This document shows positions 12,859-22,356 of a stretch of 49,780 nt of DNA, piece after piece (positions within the stretch are counted from its first letter, which is position 1; each line of letters begins with the position of its first letter). The position numbers and the translations under genes are program-made. The notes under the pieces were generated by a model. It did no database searches and was not told where the DNA came from. It saw nothing but the letters and a program-made list of their open reading frames with translations. This DNA is from Pseudomonadota bacterium (GTDB lineage Bacteria; Pseudomonadota; Alphaproteobacteria; Rhodobacterales; Rhodobacteraceae): positions 1 through 49,780 of the forward strand of contig JBCDCW010000001.1 of NCBI GenBank assembly GCA_039180995.1. The letters are read 5' to 3'.

Positions 12859-13755
12859 TCAGCGGCAGAGCGCGCCGAGGGCGCCGCCGCCCAGGGAGGC
12901 GATGCGGAGTTGTTGGATGGGTGTGAGGGTTTCGTCGCGGATTTGCGCATAGGCGCGCCAGGCGGCTTCGCCCGCCGCGTTGGCGGCGGCTTGGGTGCCG
13001 AGGCTGACGCGGACCTGGTCGGTGATGTCGCGGCAGGCGGTGTGCAGGGTGCGGGTCGTGGCGCGAGGCAGATCGGCGATTTCGGCGTCTTCGTCGATCT
13101 CGATGGCGCAGCCATCGGGTGCCGCCAGGGCCAGGCCCAGGGCGGCTTCGACCGAGGCACCGTCGGCCCAGGCGGCGGGCAGGCCCAGTTGCAGATAGGC
13201 CAGCGCGCGATTGTGGCTGGCGAAGGGACCGTCGGGGTTCGGGATGGTCCAGACATGGACCATGACCTGGCGTTCGGGAATGACGGCGGGATCGGCCAAG
13301 GGGGCGGGTGCCCAGACCAGATCGACCAGGCGCTGCCAGGGGCTGCGGTCTTGCGGCGCGGTTTGCGGCGGTTCCAGCCCGTGGACGTGCCAGATATCGT
13401 CGTCGCCCTGGAAACCGTCGGGCACCACATCGCGATCCGACAGGCGGTAATTGAAGGCCAGGGCGACCAGGACTTCCTCGCCGCCGATATCGGCATAGAG
13501 CAGGTTGCTGGCTTGGTTGAGGTTCAGCGCTTCGTCCGCGCGGTAATCGGGTCGATCGGGATTGGCATAGTGCTGACCCAGCAGCGCGGCCGGTGTGCCA
13601 AAGCGGGTCCAGCCGTTCAGGCGCGCAATCTCGATGTCCTGATACGGGGTCGCGGCGGCGCGGACGGCGATGACCTCGACCGGCAGATCCTCGGACGCCA
13701 GTGCGCCTGTCGGCAACAGAGCTAAAGCGGCGGCACAAAGAGGGCGAACGGGCAT
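12859..13755 (-). CDS. Secreted hypothetical protein with His/Trp-rich motifs
   Basis: Signal peptide (LCAAALALLPTGALA), then GQHYAN, WHVH and MVHVWTIPNPDGPFA. Host-like codon usage. Confidence 0.7.
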   Translation of the reverse strand: MPVRPLCAAALALLPTGALASEDLPVEVIAVRAAATPYQDIEIARLNGWTRFGTPAALLGQHYANPDRPDYRADEALNLNQASNLLYADIGGEEVLVALAFNYRLSDRDVVPDGFQGDDDIWHVHGLEPPQTAPQDRSPWQRLVDLVWAPAPLADPAVIPERQVMVHVWTIPNPDGPFASHNRALAYLQLGLPAAWADGASVEAALGLALAAPDGCAIEIDEDAEIADLPRATTRTLHTACRDITDQVRVSLGTQAAANAAGEAAWRAYAQIRDETLTPIQQLRIASLGGGALGALCR

Positions 13756-13797
13756 GGCGGATCCGTTGGCAATGGGCACATGAACGGGGCGACTCGG

Positions 13798-14691
13798 TTA
13801 CGGACTAGGCGACTTGGCTATCGATTCAGTAAACCAGTCGATCGTGGCACGAGTGCGGCGGGGCAGCCCGGCGCGGCTGGGGTAGAGCAGCCAGAGCGCG
13901 GTGTCGAAGCCTTGCAGCGCGCCGTGCCAGCCGGGCAGAATATCGCTCAAATGCCCTTGGGTCAGGTCGTCCTCGATCAGCCAATCCGCCAGCAGCGCGG
14001 GGCCGAGGCCCTGGATTGCGGCTTCGCGCAAGGCCAGCGGAGAGGTCATGCGCAGGCGGCCGGTGACGGGGATCTGGTGCTGGGTGTCGTGTTGGCGGAA
14101 TTGCCAGACGGGTTGCAGACCCGGGTGGTCGTGGATGAGGCATTGGGTGTTGTGGAGCGCCGCGGGGTCCGGCAGCGGCGGCGTGCCGGGGGCCGCGACC
14201 AGGTGGTAACGGATCGGGGCGAGACGGCGGGAGATGAGGTCGCCCTTGGGCGCGGGCGTCAGGCGCAGGGCCAGGTCGATGCCGTCGCCGATCAGATCGC
14301 GGGGGGCGTCGTCCAGGATCAGGTCCAGGTTGAGTTCGGGGTGGCGGGTCAGAAGGTTCGGCAGGCGCGGCATCAGGGCGCGGGTGCCGTAGGCGACCGA
14401 GGTCGACAGGCGGATCGTGCCGGCGATGCGCCCGTCCTGGGCGCGGGCCGTGTCCCGGGCGTCGTCCAGGGCTTGGAGCGGGGTCTCGATCGCGGCGAGG
14501 TAGCGGCGCCCGGCCTCGGTCGGGGTGAGGTTGCGGGTGTCGCGCTGGAACAGGCGGAGGCCCAAGCGGGCCTCGGCCTGGGCGACGGTGCGGGAGACGG
14601 TGGAGGGGTCGATATTCTCGGCCCGGGCGGTGGCGGCGAGGCTGCCATGGCGGGCGACGGCGAGGAGGAGGCGGAGGGCGTTGGTGTCCAT
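13798..14691 (-). CDS. LysR-family transcriptional regulator
   Basis: MDTNALRLLLAVARHGSLAATARAENIDPSTVSRTVAQAEARLGLRLFQRDTR HTH plus substrate-binding domain. Divergent from the SDR gene. Confidence 0.95.
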   Translation of the reverse strand: MDTNALRLLLAVARHGSLAATARAENIDPSTVSRTVAQAEARLGLRLFQRDTRNLTPTEAGRRYLAAIETPLQALDDARDTARAQDGRIAGTIRLSTSVAYGTRALMPRLPNLLTRHPELNLDLILDDAPRDLIGDGIDLALRLTPAPKGDLISRRLAPIRYHLVAAPGTPPLPDPAALHNTQCLIHDHPGLQPVWQFRQHDTQHQIPVTGRLRMTSPLALREAAIQGLGPALLADWLIEDDLTQGHLSDILPGWHGALQGFDTALWLLYPSRAGLPRRTRATIDWFTESIAKSPSP

Positions 14692-14694
14692 TCG

Positions 14695-14707
14695 TGCAGA
14701 ATGCGCA
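14695..14707. promoter_or_regulatory. Putative LysR binding box (T-N11-A)
   Basis: tgcagaatgcgca has TGC/GCA dyad ends and abuts the lysR start in the divergent intergenic region. Confidence 0.5.
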
Positions 14708-14788
14708 TGGGTATGATGGGGGAACAACGGTTTTTCGCATGGGTATCGTGGGTGATCTGCATGGGTGTTCAGGTGAAGGAGCGGAGCC

Positions 14789-15535
14789 ATGGAGATCGAC
14801 GGGAAAGTGTTTTTGGTCACCGGGGCCAGCCGCGGGATCGGGGCGGAGACGGCGCGGGCCCTGGCCGCTGCGGGCGCGCGCGTGGTGTTGGTGGCGCGGT
14901 CGGGGGCCGCAGATTTGGCCGCCGAGATCGGTGGACTGTCGGTGGCTTGCGACGTGGCCGATTGGGGGCAGGTCGCCGGGGCGGTGCGAGCGGCGGAGGA
15001 CCGGTTCGGCTCCGTGGATGGGTTGGTGAACAATGCGGGGCTGATCGAGCCCATCGCGCGCCTGGAAGACAGCGACCCGGCGGCCTGGGGCCACATGGTC
15101 GATGTGAACCTGACGGGGGCCTATCACGGGCTGCGCGCGGTGGTGCCGGGGATGGTGGCCCGCGGGTCGGGTGTCGTCGTGAACCTGTCATCGGGGGCGG
15201 CGACCTCGGCCTTGGAGGGCTGGTCCCATTATTGCGCGACCAAGGCCGCGCTGCTGTCATTGACGCGGGTGGCGGATAAGGAATTCCGCGAGAAGGGAAT
15301 TTCCGTGGTCGGGTTATCGCCGGGGACGGTGGCGACGGGAATGCAGAAGGTCATCCGGGGATCCGGGATCAACCCGGTGTCGCGCCTCGATTGGTCGGCG
15401 CATATCCCGGCGGCGGATGTGGCGCGGGCGATCCTGTGGTTGATCCGCGAAGGGGCCGCGCGGCATGCGGGGACGGATTTTTCGCTGAAGTCGCCCGAGG
15501 GGCGGGCGGAGGCGGGGTTGGCGCCAGTGGAATGA
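14789..15535 (+). CDS. Short-chain dehydrogenase/reductase
   Basis: TGASRGIG, NNAG and YCATK (YxxxK). Confidence 0.95.
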   Translation: MEIDGKVFLVTGASRGIGAETARALAAAGARVVLVARSGAADLAAEIGGLSVACDVADWGQVAGAVRAAEDRFGSVDGLVNNAGLIEPIARLEDSDPAAWGHMVDVNLTGAYHGLRAVVPGMVARGSGVVVNLSSGAATSALEGWSHYCATKAALLSLTRVADKEFREKGISVVGLSPGTVATGMQKVIRGSGINPVSRLDWSAHIPAADVARAILWLIREGAARHAGTDFSLKSPEGRAEAGLAPVE

Positions 15536-15716
15536 GGGCGTTCGGGTCTTGCCTGACCTGAGCTGGACCAAGTGCAAGCCTGTCCGTCGACGGGCCGGGG
15601 GCGGCCCGACGATGAACCGGCGCCCCGCGGGCTTGAACCCGGTCCAGGTCTGACGTCAGTGCCCGCCTTGTCATTGGTCGCCCCCGCCCCCATCCTTCCT
15701 GCAAAGGGGGATCGCC

Positions 15717-16988
15717 ATGTCGAGGGATACCAAGGGCCTGCGCCATGCGCGCGAGGTGGAGGGGCATCTGGCGTGGCTGGATAGCTTCACCTCGGCTGCG
15801 CTGGGCGTGCTGGCGGTGGCGTCGGGGATTTATACCTATCTGGGCGTGCGAGGCCTGCTGGACGATGGCGGAGCGTTGTCGCTGTTTGCTGCCGTGGCGT
15901 ACTCGGCGGCCGTCTCGACGGGTATCTTCGTCTTCTGGTCGTACCTCATGCGACTTTTGCCCGCCATGCGGAGCGCGGCGACGCGGCTGTGGTTGGTGGC
16001 GGCGATGGTGCTGGGATCGGCCGCCATCGTGGCGATGTCGTCCTGGCTGAACGCCGCGGCCTTGGCCGGATCGGCGGCGGTGGAGCAGCATCTGGCGCGG
16101 ACGGTTCAGGAATACCAGGTCTCGTTGGAGCGGGCCCATGAGATCACGGTGCAGGCCCAGGCGCTGGGGCTGGATGTGGGGCGGACGCGGCAGGGATTCG
16201 AGGACCTGTCGGAACAGGAAGCCGGGGGCGGGTTGTCCGGTTTGGCCGGACGCGGCGCGGTCTTCCGGGTGCTGACCCAGAAATCGGATGAATTGGCGGC
16301 GTTGGAAGCCTTGATCGCGGCACAGGAGGCGCCGGTGGAGGCGGCCTTTGCCGAGGGCAACGCGATCCTGAGCCGGATGCGCGCGCTGACTGTGGCGCCC
16401 GGCGCGGTGCAGGACCGGTCGGTGGAGTTTTCGGAAGAAGCGGTGCGGCTGGCGGGCGTGATCACGACGCTGCGGCAATTGTCTGTGGCGCCCTTGGTGG
16501 ATCGGGCGGCGCAGGATCTGGCGGAATCGGTGGTCTTGCCGACCCTGGATGCCAGCGATGCGGGCGGGCAGGCGGCGCAGCAGGCGACGATCACGTCGCT
16601 GCTGGGCGTGTTGGGGCAACGGGCCGAGACGTTGCAGGGCGCGGCGGCCGAGGTGCTGGCCTTGGAGCCGCCGGGGGAGGTGATCTATACCCCGATTTCG
16701 ACCGCCGATGCGGTGATCCGCTATGCCAGGGACTTTGCGCCGTCCTGGGCCGGGGCGATTGCCATCGACCTGTTGCCGGCCGTGCTGGTCCTGATCGTGA
16801 CCGTGGCGCAGGCGGCGATCCGCGCCGGGCGCGACCCGGCCGAGCCGGAGGATGCGATGACCGTGGCGGAGTTGCGCGCCGCCGTCCTGGCCCTGCGCGA
16901 GGTCGAGGCGGCCGAGGGGTTGGGGCCGGCGGCGAAGGTCTTGGTGGAGCCGCCGGAGCGGCCCGGCCCACGGGAGGCAGCGGAATGA
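15717..16988 (+). CDS. Membrane protein: 3 N-terminal TM helices, long helical/coiled-coil segment, C-terminal TM helix
   Basis: 423 aa ORF with host-like codon usage. ATGA overlap with the next gene. Confidence 0.75.
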   Translation: MSRDTKGLRHAREVEGHLAWLDSFTSAALGVLAVASGIYTYLGVRGLLDDGGALSLFAAVAYSAAVSTGIFVFWSYLMRLLPAMRSAATRLWLVAAMVLGSAAIVAMSSWLNAAALAGSAAVEQHLARTVQEYQVSLERAHEITVQAQALGLDVGRTRQGFEDLSEQEAGGGLSGLAGRGAVFRVLTQKSDELAALEALIAAQEAPVEAAFAEGNAILSRMRALTVAPGAVQDRSVEFSEEAVRLAGVITTLRQLSVAPLVDRAAQDLAESVVLPTLDASDAGGQAAQQATITSLLGVLGQRAETLQGAAAEVLALEPPGEVIYTPISTADAVIRYARDFAPSWAGAIAIDLLPAVLVLIVTVAQAAIRAGRDPAEPEDAMTVAELRAAVLALREVEAAEGLGPAAKVLVEPPERPGPREAAE

Positions 16989-17734
16989 GCGAACTGCCGG
17001 AATCGGGCGCCCCGCCCGAGCGGCGGACGCTGCGCTGGCTGCTGGGCGGGCAGATTTTCTTGGCGGTGGCGTTGATCGTGATCGACCTGGCGCCGAGCGT
17101 GCCTCGGTTGCTGTCGCCCTCGACGGCGCCAGGATTGGACCGGCCCACGCGGCCCGGTGACCAGACCCGGCAATACCGGCCACGTCGCCCGGCCAGCCCG
17201 GTGCCGGGGCTGGATCCGGACATGCCGCGCCGCTTGCTGGCCGAGGGTGTCGAGTTGGACGGGCGCGCGGGGTTGCGCTTGCGCGGCGGGATCTCGGCCG
17301 GGGATGGCGCGCGGATCGTGGATGAATTGACGGCGGCGGCACCCGAGGTGGTGCTGCTGGATAGTCAGGGCGGCAGCGTGTCGGACGCGCTAGAGATCGG
17401 GCGGACGATGCGTGCGCTGGGCGTCGAGGCCCGGCTGGAGGATGGCGCGGTCTGCATGTCGGCCTGTCCGTATATGTTCGCGGGCGGCGTGGTGCGACAG
17501 GTGGCGGAAGGGGCGCGGCTGGGCGTGCATCAGCACAGTTTTGGGGAATCCTCGATGCTGCCGGCGTTCTTGGCGGTGGAAGACGTGCAGCGTGGGCAGG
17601 CCGAGGTGTTGGCGCATTTGGACGCGATGGGGATTGATCTTGGGATCATGGGCCCGGCGATGGCGACTCCGGCGGATGAGATTTACATCCTGACGGCGGA
17701 GGAATTGCTGGATTGGGATGTTGTCACGGAATGA
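16985..17734 (+). CDS. Membrane-anchored ClpP/crotonase-fold protein (COG3904-like)
   Basis: N-terminal TM helix, LDSQGGSV, CMSACPYMFAGG and GVHQ motifs. Confidence 0.72.
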   Translation: MSELPESGAPPERRTLRWLLGGQIFLAVALIVIDLAPSVPRLLSPSTAPGLDRPTRPGDQTRQYRPRRPASPVPGLDPDMPRRLLAEGVELDGRAGLRLRGGISAGDGARIVDELTAAAPEVVLLDSQGGSVSDALEIGRTMRALGVEARLEDGAVCMSACPYMFAGGVVRQVAEGARLGVHQHSFGESSMLPAFLAVEDVQRGQAEVLAHLDAMGIDLGIMGPAMATPADEIYILTAEELLDWDVVTE

Positions 17735-17738
17735 GAGC

Positions 17739-17792
17739 GGGAAAGCCTGATCTTAAGGCTTTCCCGGACACTCTTCCTGTAAGAGTTTCCGG
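17739..17792. repeat. Two adjacent palindromic hairpins between convergent genes (bidirectional terminator or REP-like)
   Basis: gggaaagcct-gatctta-aggctttccc followed by ccggacactctt-cctgt-aagagtttccgg. Confidence 0.6.
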
Positions 17793-17797
17793 TCCGG

Positions 17798-18673
17798 TCA
17801 GTTTTCGATGGGCGCCAGCAGATCGGGATTGACCACCAGATTGCGAACGCCGTGGGCCCCCGTCTCGTCGAACGGATTGTCGGCCAGCCAGGCGCCGACC
17901 GAAGCGATGTCGATCTTGGTCGCGCGCGGTCGGACGGACCAGGTCACGTGGAAGGGCGAGGCGGCCCGGTTATAGGACGGGCCCGTGGTGGAACCTGCAT
18001 AGACGACCGGCGGACCAAGATCGCCCGGTAGGGCGGACACCTGGGCGCGGCCGTCGACGGTCCGGATGGCGGCCATCTGGGTGAAGTCCCTGGCGGCGGG
18101 ATCGTTGACCAAGACGGCCACGACGGTCTCGACCCGCAATTGCGGGTTGGCGATGGCCTCGGTGAGGCAGGCGCCCAGGGTGGGGCCGGGCGCGACTTGG
18201 GCGGAGCTGTAGACGAAGTGGATCTCGATCGTATCGCCGGGGGTCAGATCGCCATGTTGGCCCGCGCCGATGGGGGTTTCGAGCGGGGCCAATTCGGTCT
18301 GGCTCAGGGTGCCGTCATAAACGAAGCCCGTTCCGGTGCCTTCGCCGTCGCCGGGCCCCGCATAGGTGGTGAAATCGCCGCCCCTGTGTTCCGCGCTTTC
18401 GTGGAAATGGATATTGCAGAGGCTGAGCGCCGTATGGGGCGGTGCAAGGCCCTTGGCGCGGTCATTGTTGCCTGTCAGAACGTCGATGTCGCGGGGGGAT
18501 TGCGGGCCGAAGCCTGCGCCGTCGGTCGCGGCGGCGAGGGCTGCGCGCTGTGCCGCGATATCGGCATCCGTTGCTTGGTCGGCCTCGTTGGACAAGGCCA
18601 ATGTCGCGCTGACGAGGGAAAGGGCGAGTGCTGCGGCAATCGTCTTGGAGGCGGTGACCATAGTCGGATTCAT
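17798..18673 (-). CDS. Delta-class carbonic anhydrase-like secreted protein
   Basis: Signal peptide, GPQSPRDID, LCNIHFHESAEH, GDTIEIHFVYSS, YAGSTTGP and VTWSVRP resemble delta-CA family motifs. Start placed at ATG 18673 after GGAGAG. Confidence 0.8.
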   Translation of the reverse strand: MNPTMVTASKTIAAALALSLVSATLALSNEADQATDADIAAQRAALAAATDGAGFGPQSPRDIDVLTGNNDRAKGLAPPHTALSLCNIHFHESAEHRGGDFTTYAGPGDGEGTGTGFVYDGTLSQTELAPLETPIGAGQHGDLTPGDTIEIHFVYSSAQVAPGPTLGACLTEAIANPQLRVETVVAVLVNDPAARDFTQMAAIRTVDGRAQVSALPGDLGPPVVYAGSTTGPSYNRAASPFHVTWSVRPRATKIDIASVGAWLADNPFDETGAHGVRNLVVNPDLLAPIEN

Positions 18674-18775
18674 CCCGGTATATCTCTCCGATCTGTCATA
18701 GCTGTCGTTCCGCATTGGGCTTTCAATGGAGAATGCCCTTCGCGCGGCCCAAATCTCCGCGAGCGATGCCCCAGT

Positions 18776-20194
18776 CTAGCTGGCCAAGACGTTTCGGAAC
18801 AGCCAGGGATCGCGGTCGTCGATGTCTTCGGGGAAATGCTGCCAACGGTCTTGCAGGGGGGTCCAGTCGGTATAGTGGGCTTCGACCGGGCCCAGATACG
18901 GGGTCTGGATGTCCAGACAGCGGGCGTGGTCCATCTCGTCGGTTTCGACGATGCCCGAATTGGGGTTTTCCAGGGCCCAGACCATACCCGCCAAGACGGC
19001 CGACGTGACTTGAAGGCCAGTGGCGTTCTGGTCTGGCGCCAGGCGCTTGGTTTCCGCATTCGACAGGCGCGAGCCGTACCAGAGGGCGTTCTTGGCATGA
19101 CCGAAGAGCAGGACGCCGAGTTCGTCGATGCCCTCGACGATCTCGTCTTCCGACAGAATATGATGGACCTGCTGCTGGCGGCCCGAGCCGAACATTTCGT
19201 GCAAGGACAGCACCGCGTCGTCGCACGGATGGTAGGCATAGTGGCAGGTCGGGCGATAGTCGGGCGAGGAGCCGCGGCCCACGGTAAAGTAATCGGCGAT
19301 GCTGATCGCTTCGTTATGGGTGACGAGGAAGCCGAATTGCGGGCCCGGCGTGGGGCACCAGGAATGGACGCGGGTGATGGCGCCGGGACGGTTCAGCCAG
19401 ATCGCCGCTTCGCAGCCGCGCCCGTGGCGGCGGGCGATGTCGGGGAACCAGGTTTCGTGGGTGCCCCAGCCCAGTTCGGCGGGTTGGAAGCCTTCGGCGA
19501 TGAAGCCCTCGACCGACCAGGTGTTGACGAAGACGTCGCGGGGGCGCGGCAGGCGGCGGGCCTGGGTGTCGCGTTCGGCGATGTGGATGCCTTTGACGCC
19601 GAGCGATTGCATCAACTTGGCCCAGCTCGCCCGGTCCTTGGGCGCGTCCGGCGCCGCGCCGGTATCTTCGGCCAGGCGCAGCAAGGCGGCTTTGACGAAC
19701 CACGACACCATGCCGGGATTGGCGCCACAGCAGGACACCGCCGTGGTGCCGCCGGGATTGGCGGCCTTTTCGTCCCGGACGGCTTGGCGCAGGGCGTAAT
19801 TGGTGCGGTCTGCATTGTTGAGGTCGTCGAAATAGAAGCCTGCCCAGGGTTCCACGACGGTGTCGATATACGGCACGCCCCGCGCCCGGCAGTGCTTCAT
19901 CAGGTCCAGCGAGGAGGTGTCGACCGATAAATTGACCACGAAGCCCTGGCCGGGGGTGATGACCTCGTCCAGGATCTGGCGATAATTGTCGGGCGTCAGA
20001 GCGACTTGGCGGTGGGCGATGCCCCGTGCGCGCAGCTCGGCGCAGCCTGCGTCGGCGGGCTCGATGACCAAGAACTGGTCGCGGTCGTAGTGGAAGTGGC
20101 GTTCTAGCAGAGGGAGCGTTCCGCGCCCGATGGACCCAAAGCCGATCATCACAACGGCGCCGTCGATGCGGGCGTGGACGGGATGATCTGTCAT
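18776..20194 (-). CDS. hss: Homospermidine synthase
   Basis: MIGFGSIGRG, YIDTVVEPW, CCGANPGMVSWFVK, NTWSVEGF, HNEAISI and QNATGLQV. Confidence 0.96.
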   Translation of the reverse strand: MTDHPVHARIDGAVVMIGFGSIGRGTLPLLERHFHYDRDQFLVIEPADAGCAELRARGIAHRQVALTPDNYRQILDEVITPGQGFVVNLSVDTSSLDLMKHCRARGVPYIDTVVEPWAGFYFDDLNNADRTNYALRQAVRDEKAANPGGTTAVSCCGANPGMVSWFVKAALLRLAEDTGAAPDAPKDRASWAKLMQSLGVKGIHIAERDTQARRLPRPRDVFVNTWSVEGFIAEGFQPAELGWGTHETWFPDIARRHGRGCEAAIWLNRPGAITRVHSWCPTPGPQFGFLVTHNEAISIADYFTVGRGSSPDYRPTCHYAYHPCDDAVLSLHEMFGSGRQQQVHHILSEDEIVEGIDELGVLLFGHAKNALWYGSRLSNAETKRLAPDQNATGLQVTSAVLAGMVWALENPNSGIVETDEMDHARCLDIQTPYLGPVEAHYTDWTPLQDRWQHFPEDIDDRDPWLFRNVLAS

Positions 20195-20691
20195 GCAGGG
20201 CTCCGCGATCAAGGCGCTGCGCGGGGACCTGTCATATTGTCCTGGGGGGGTCAAATCTAGGTCGGTCCCGATTTCGTTACCTAGGATGAGCTTTGGCTGA
20301 CTTCAGGTCTCATCCTTTGGGGGGCGGTGTCGTTTGTCTGTCGGGACTTTTAATCCGCGTCAAATGCCACGGGCGTGCGCAAGAGCCCGATTTTCTTCGG
20401 CCCGGTCTCGTGACCCAGTGGCTTGGAGTGGAGCTTCCCGCGGTCCCCTGGACCGGGATCACGCTCGCAGGACGCCGGTCTATTGCGGGGCCGTTCCCGG
20501 GGCTCGGCGATCTGGTTGATGTTGGCGCGAAGTGCAGAGTTCATGCGAACGCGGCGACCATGAAGTGCTGCCGAACGGAGGGCAGATCGCCAAACCGTGG
20601 CCCGTCGATGGATCGGTTCGCGCGCAGACGGCCAGCGTTCCCTGCGGGCCACTTGCTGGGTCGGCCGCACGCCCAACGGGGCGCGCCATGG

Positions 20692-20713
20692 CCGGGTGGG
20701 GGCACCCACCCGG
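20692..20713 (-). terminator. Hairpin downstream of phoX
   Basis: Perfect stem ccgggtggg-ggca-cccacccgg about 20 bp after the phoX stop. No clear U-tract. Confidence 0.5.
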
Positions 20714-20731
20714 TTGCCGAGCGACGGGGCC

Positions 20732-22261
20732 TCAGAGCAAGCCGCGTTGCCAGGGGCCCTTGATGGCGAAGGTGATACCGGGGGTCTGGATGTTGACGAA
20801 CAGGATTTCGCCCGTCGGGTCGAATGTCGCCCCGGCCCATTCGTTGTCGCGGTGGTCTTCGGCCTCGATGAAGGTCTCGGACTTGCCCGCCTCGCGGATG
20901 GTGGAGGGGTCGAGTTGGATGTTGTTCTTTGCGAAGATGTAAGTCTCGCCCTGGGGCGTCAGGCCCAGCAGACGCTCGCCTTGGCCGAAGGCGTCGGCAA
21001 CGCCGCCGCCATCTTCGCACATCAGCACGCCGCCGCGCGGGCTGACGCAGATGTTGTCCGGGTTGTTGCCGGCGAGCGGGTTGTCGGACTTCCACAGGCA
21101 GGTCAGGGTTTCGGTGTTGGCGTCGTAGGTCCAGACCGCGCCTTCGCCCCGGCCGATGACGCCCTGTACGCCGTCATGTTCGCCTTTGCCGACGGAGGTG
21201 TCGGTGATGTAAAAGATGTCTTCGGTCGTTGAATGCCAGATACCTTCCAGACGGCTGAACCGCAGGGCCCCGCCATCGCGGCCTTGGACGAAGGGGCCCG
21301 AGGCCAGGTTGTCCTCGTCATGGGGGAATTCGGTGAAGGGTTGCGGGGCCAGATCGGGGTCGGCGATCTCGACCCATTCGATCTGATGGGTTTCGTCTAT
21401 GGCGGGGTCCAGCAGGTCGGCCCGATCCTCGCCCGCGACCTTGGCCATATAGAGCGTGCCGCCTTGGGCGAGGGAGCCGGGGCGGCCGGATGTATCGGTG
21501 GGGATATAGCGGTAGAGGCCCGCCTGATTGCGGTCGTCTTCGGTGAGATAAACGGTGCCGGAGGCGGGGTCGACGGCCACGGCTTCGTGGTCGAAGCGAC
21601 CCATGGCGATGATGGGCTCGCCGGTGGTCTGGCTGTCGTCTGGGGAAACCTCAAAGACGTAGCCATGGGTCAGGCCGCCTTCGGCGGTGTAGTCGGCCAA
21701 GTCTTCTTCGCAGGTCAGCCAGGTGCCCCAGGGCGTCGCACCGCCCGCGCAATTGTCGATGGTGCCCGCCAGCGAGGGGCGGGCCGAGGTCCAGGCATCG
21801 CCGCGATAGATTATGGTCGAGGTGCCGCCCGACAGCTTGCCGGTGATGTCGTCTTCGGTGACATCGGCCGTGTCATAGGCGGCCGGCGCGCCGATCAGGC
21901 CGACTTCGGGTAGGACCTTGGATTCATGGTTGCGGATCAAGGTGATCTCCGCCTCGCCATTCACGATGCGGGACGACACGACGGCCATGCCGTCATGTTC
22001 CATGGGCGTGGGCTGGCCATTGTCCATCGGGTCCCCGGCCCAGCCGAAGGATTGGTAGGTGAACCCCTCGGGCAATTGCAGCAGCGGCAGCCCGGTGGTC
22101 CGGTCGGCGACCGGTGCCAGCGGACCATAGGGCGACGCGATGGGCTCGATCCGGCCATTGGCCATGGCTTGGCGGGTGTAGAGGCTGGCGAACGGCGCGG
22201 CGAGCAGGGCGGCGGAGGTGCCGCGCAGGAACGTGCGACGGGTGGCTGTCAGGTTGGTCAT
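20732..22261 (-). CDS. phoX: PhoX-family (DUF839) alkaline phosphatase with Tat signal
   Basis: Twin-arginine TRRTFL, HDGM, RNHE, NCAGGATPWGTWLTCEE, GRFDHEA, YLTED, NPDNI, CEDG and LFVNIQTPG. Start placed at ATG 22261 after GGGAGA. Confidence 0.88.
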   Translation of the reverse strand: MTNLTATRRTFLRGTSAALLAAPFASLYTRQAMANGRIEPIASPYGPLAPVADRTTGLPLLQLPEGFTYQSFGWAGDPMDNGQPTPMEHDGMAVVSSRIVNGEAEITLIRNHESKVLPEVGLIGAPAAYDTADVTEDDITGKLSGGTSTIIYRGDAWTSARPSLAGTIDNCAGGATPWGTWLTCEEDLADYTAEGGLTHGYVFEVSPDDSQTTGEPIIAMGRFDHEAVAVDPASGTVYLTEDDRNQAGLYRYIPTDTSGRPGSLAQGGTLYMAKVAGEDRADLLDPAIDETHQIEWVEIADPDLAPQPFTEFPHDEDNLASGPFVQGRDGGALRFSRLEGIWHSTTEDIFYITDTSVGKGEHDGVQGVIGRGEGAVWTYDANTETLTCLWKSDNPLAGNNPDNICVSPRGGVLMCEDGGGVADAFGQGERLLGLTPQGETYIFAKNNIQLDPSTIREAGKSETFIEAEDHRDNEWAGATFDPTGEILFVNIQTPGITFAIKGPWQRGLL

Positions 22262-22305
22262 CTGGTCTCTCCCGATGGCTGGAGCGGCCAGGGTGCGAGC
22301 GACGG

Positions 22306-22356
22306 GTGACGGCTGGGTAAAGGTCGGATGAAGGTCGGGTGGCGGTTTTGTGACGG
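22306..22356 (-). promoter_or_regulatory. Array of five Pho-box-like half-sites
   Basis: Minus strand reads ccgtcac-aaaa-ccgccac-ccga-ccttcat-ccga-cctttac-ccag-ccgtcac. Exact 11-bp period, resembles CTGTCAY, and lies directly upstream of phoX. Confidence 0.8.

Noticed and set aside
18693-18708. ctgtcat-ag-ctgtcgt near the delta-CA start as a Pho box
   Set aside because: 9-bp rather than 11-bp spacing, and opposite orientation to the gene.
20340-20720. Possible tmRNA, tRNA or other known structured RNA
   Set aside because: No T-loop/CCA acceptor or tag-peptide signature recognised. Kept only as an unexplained intergenic region.
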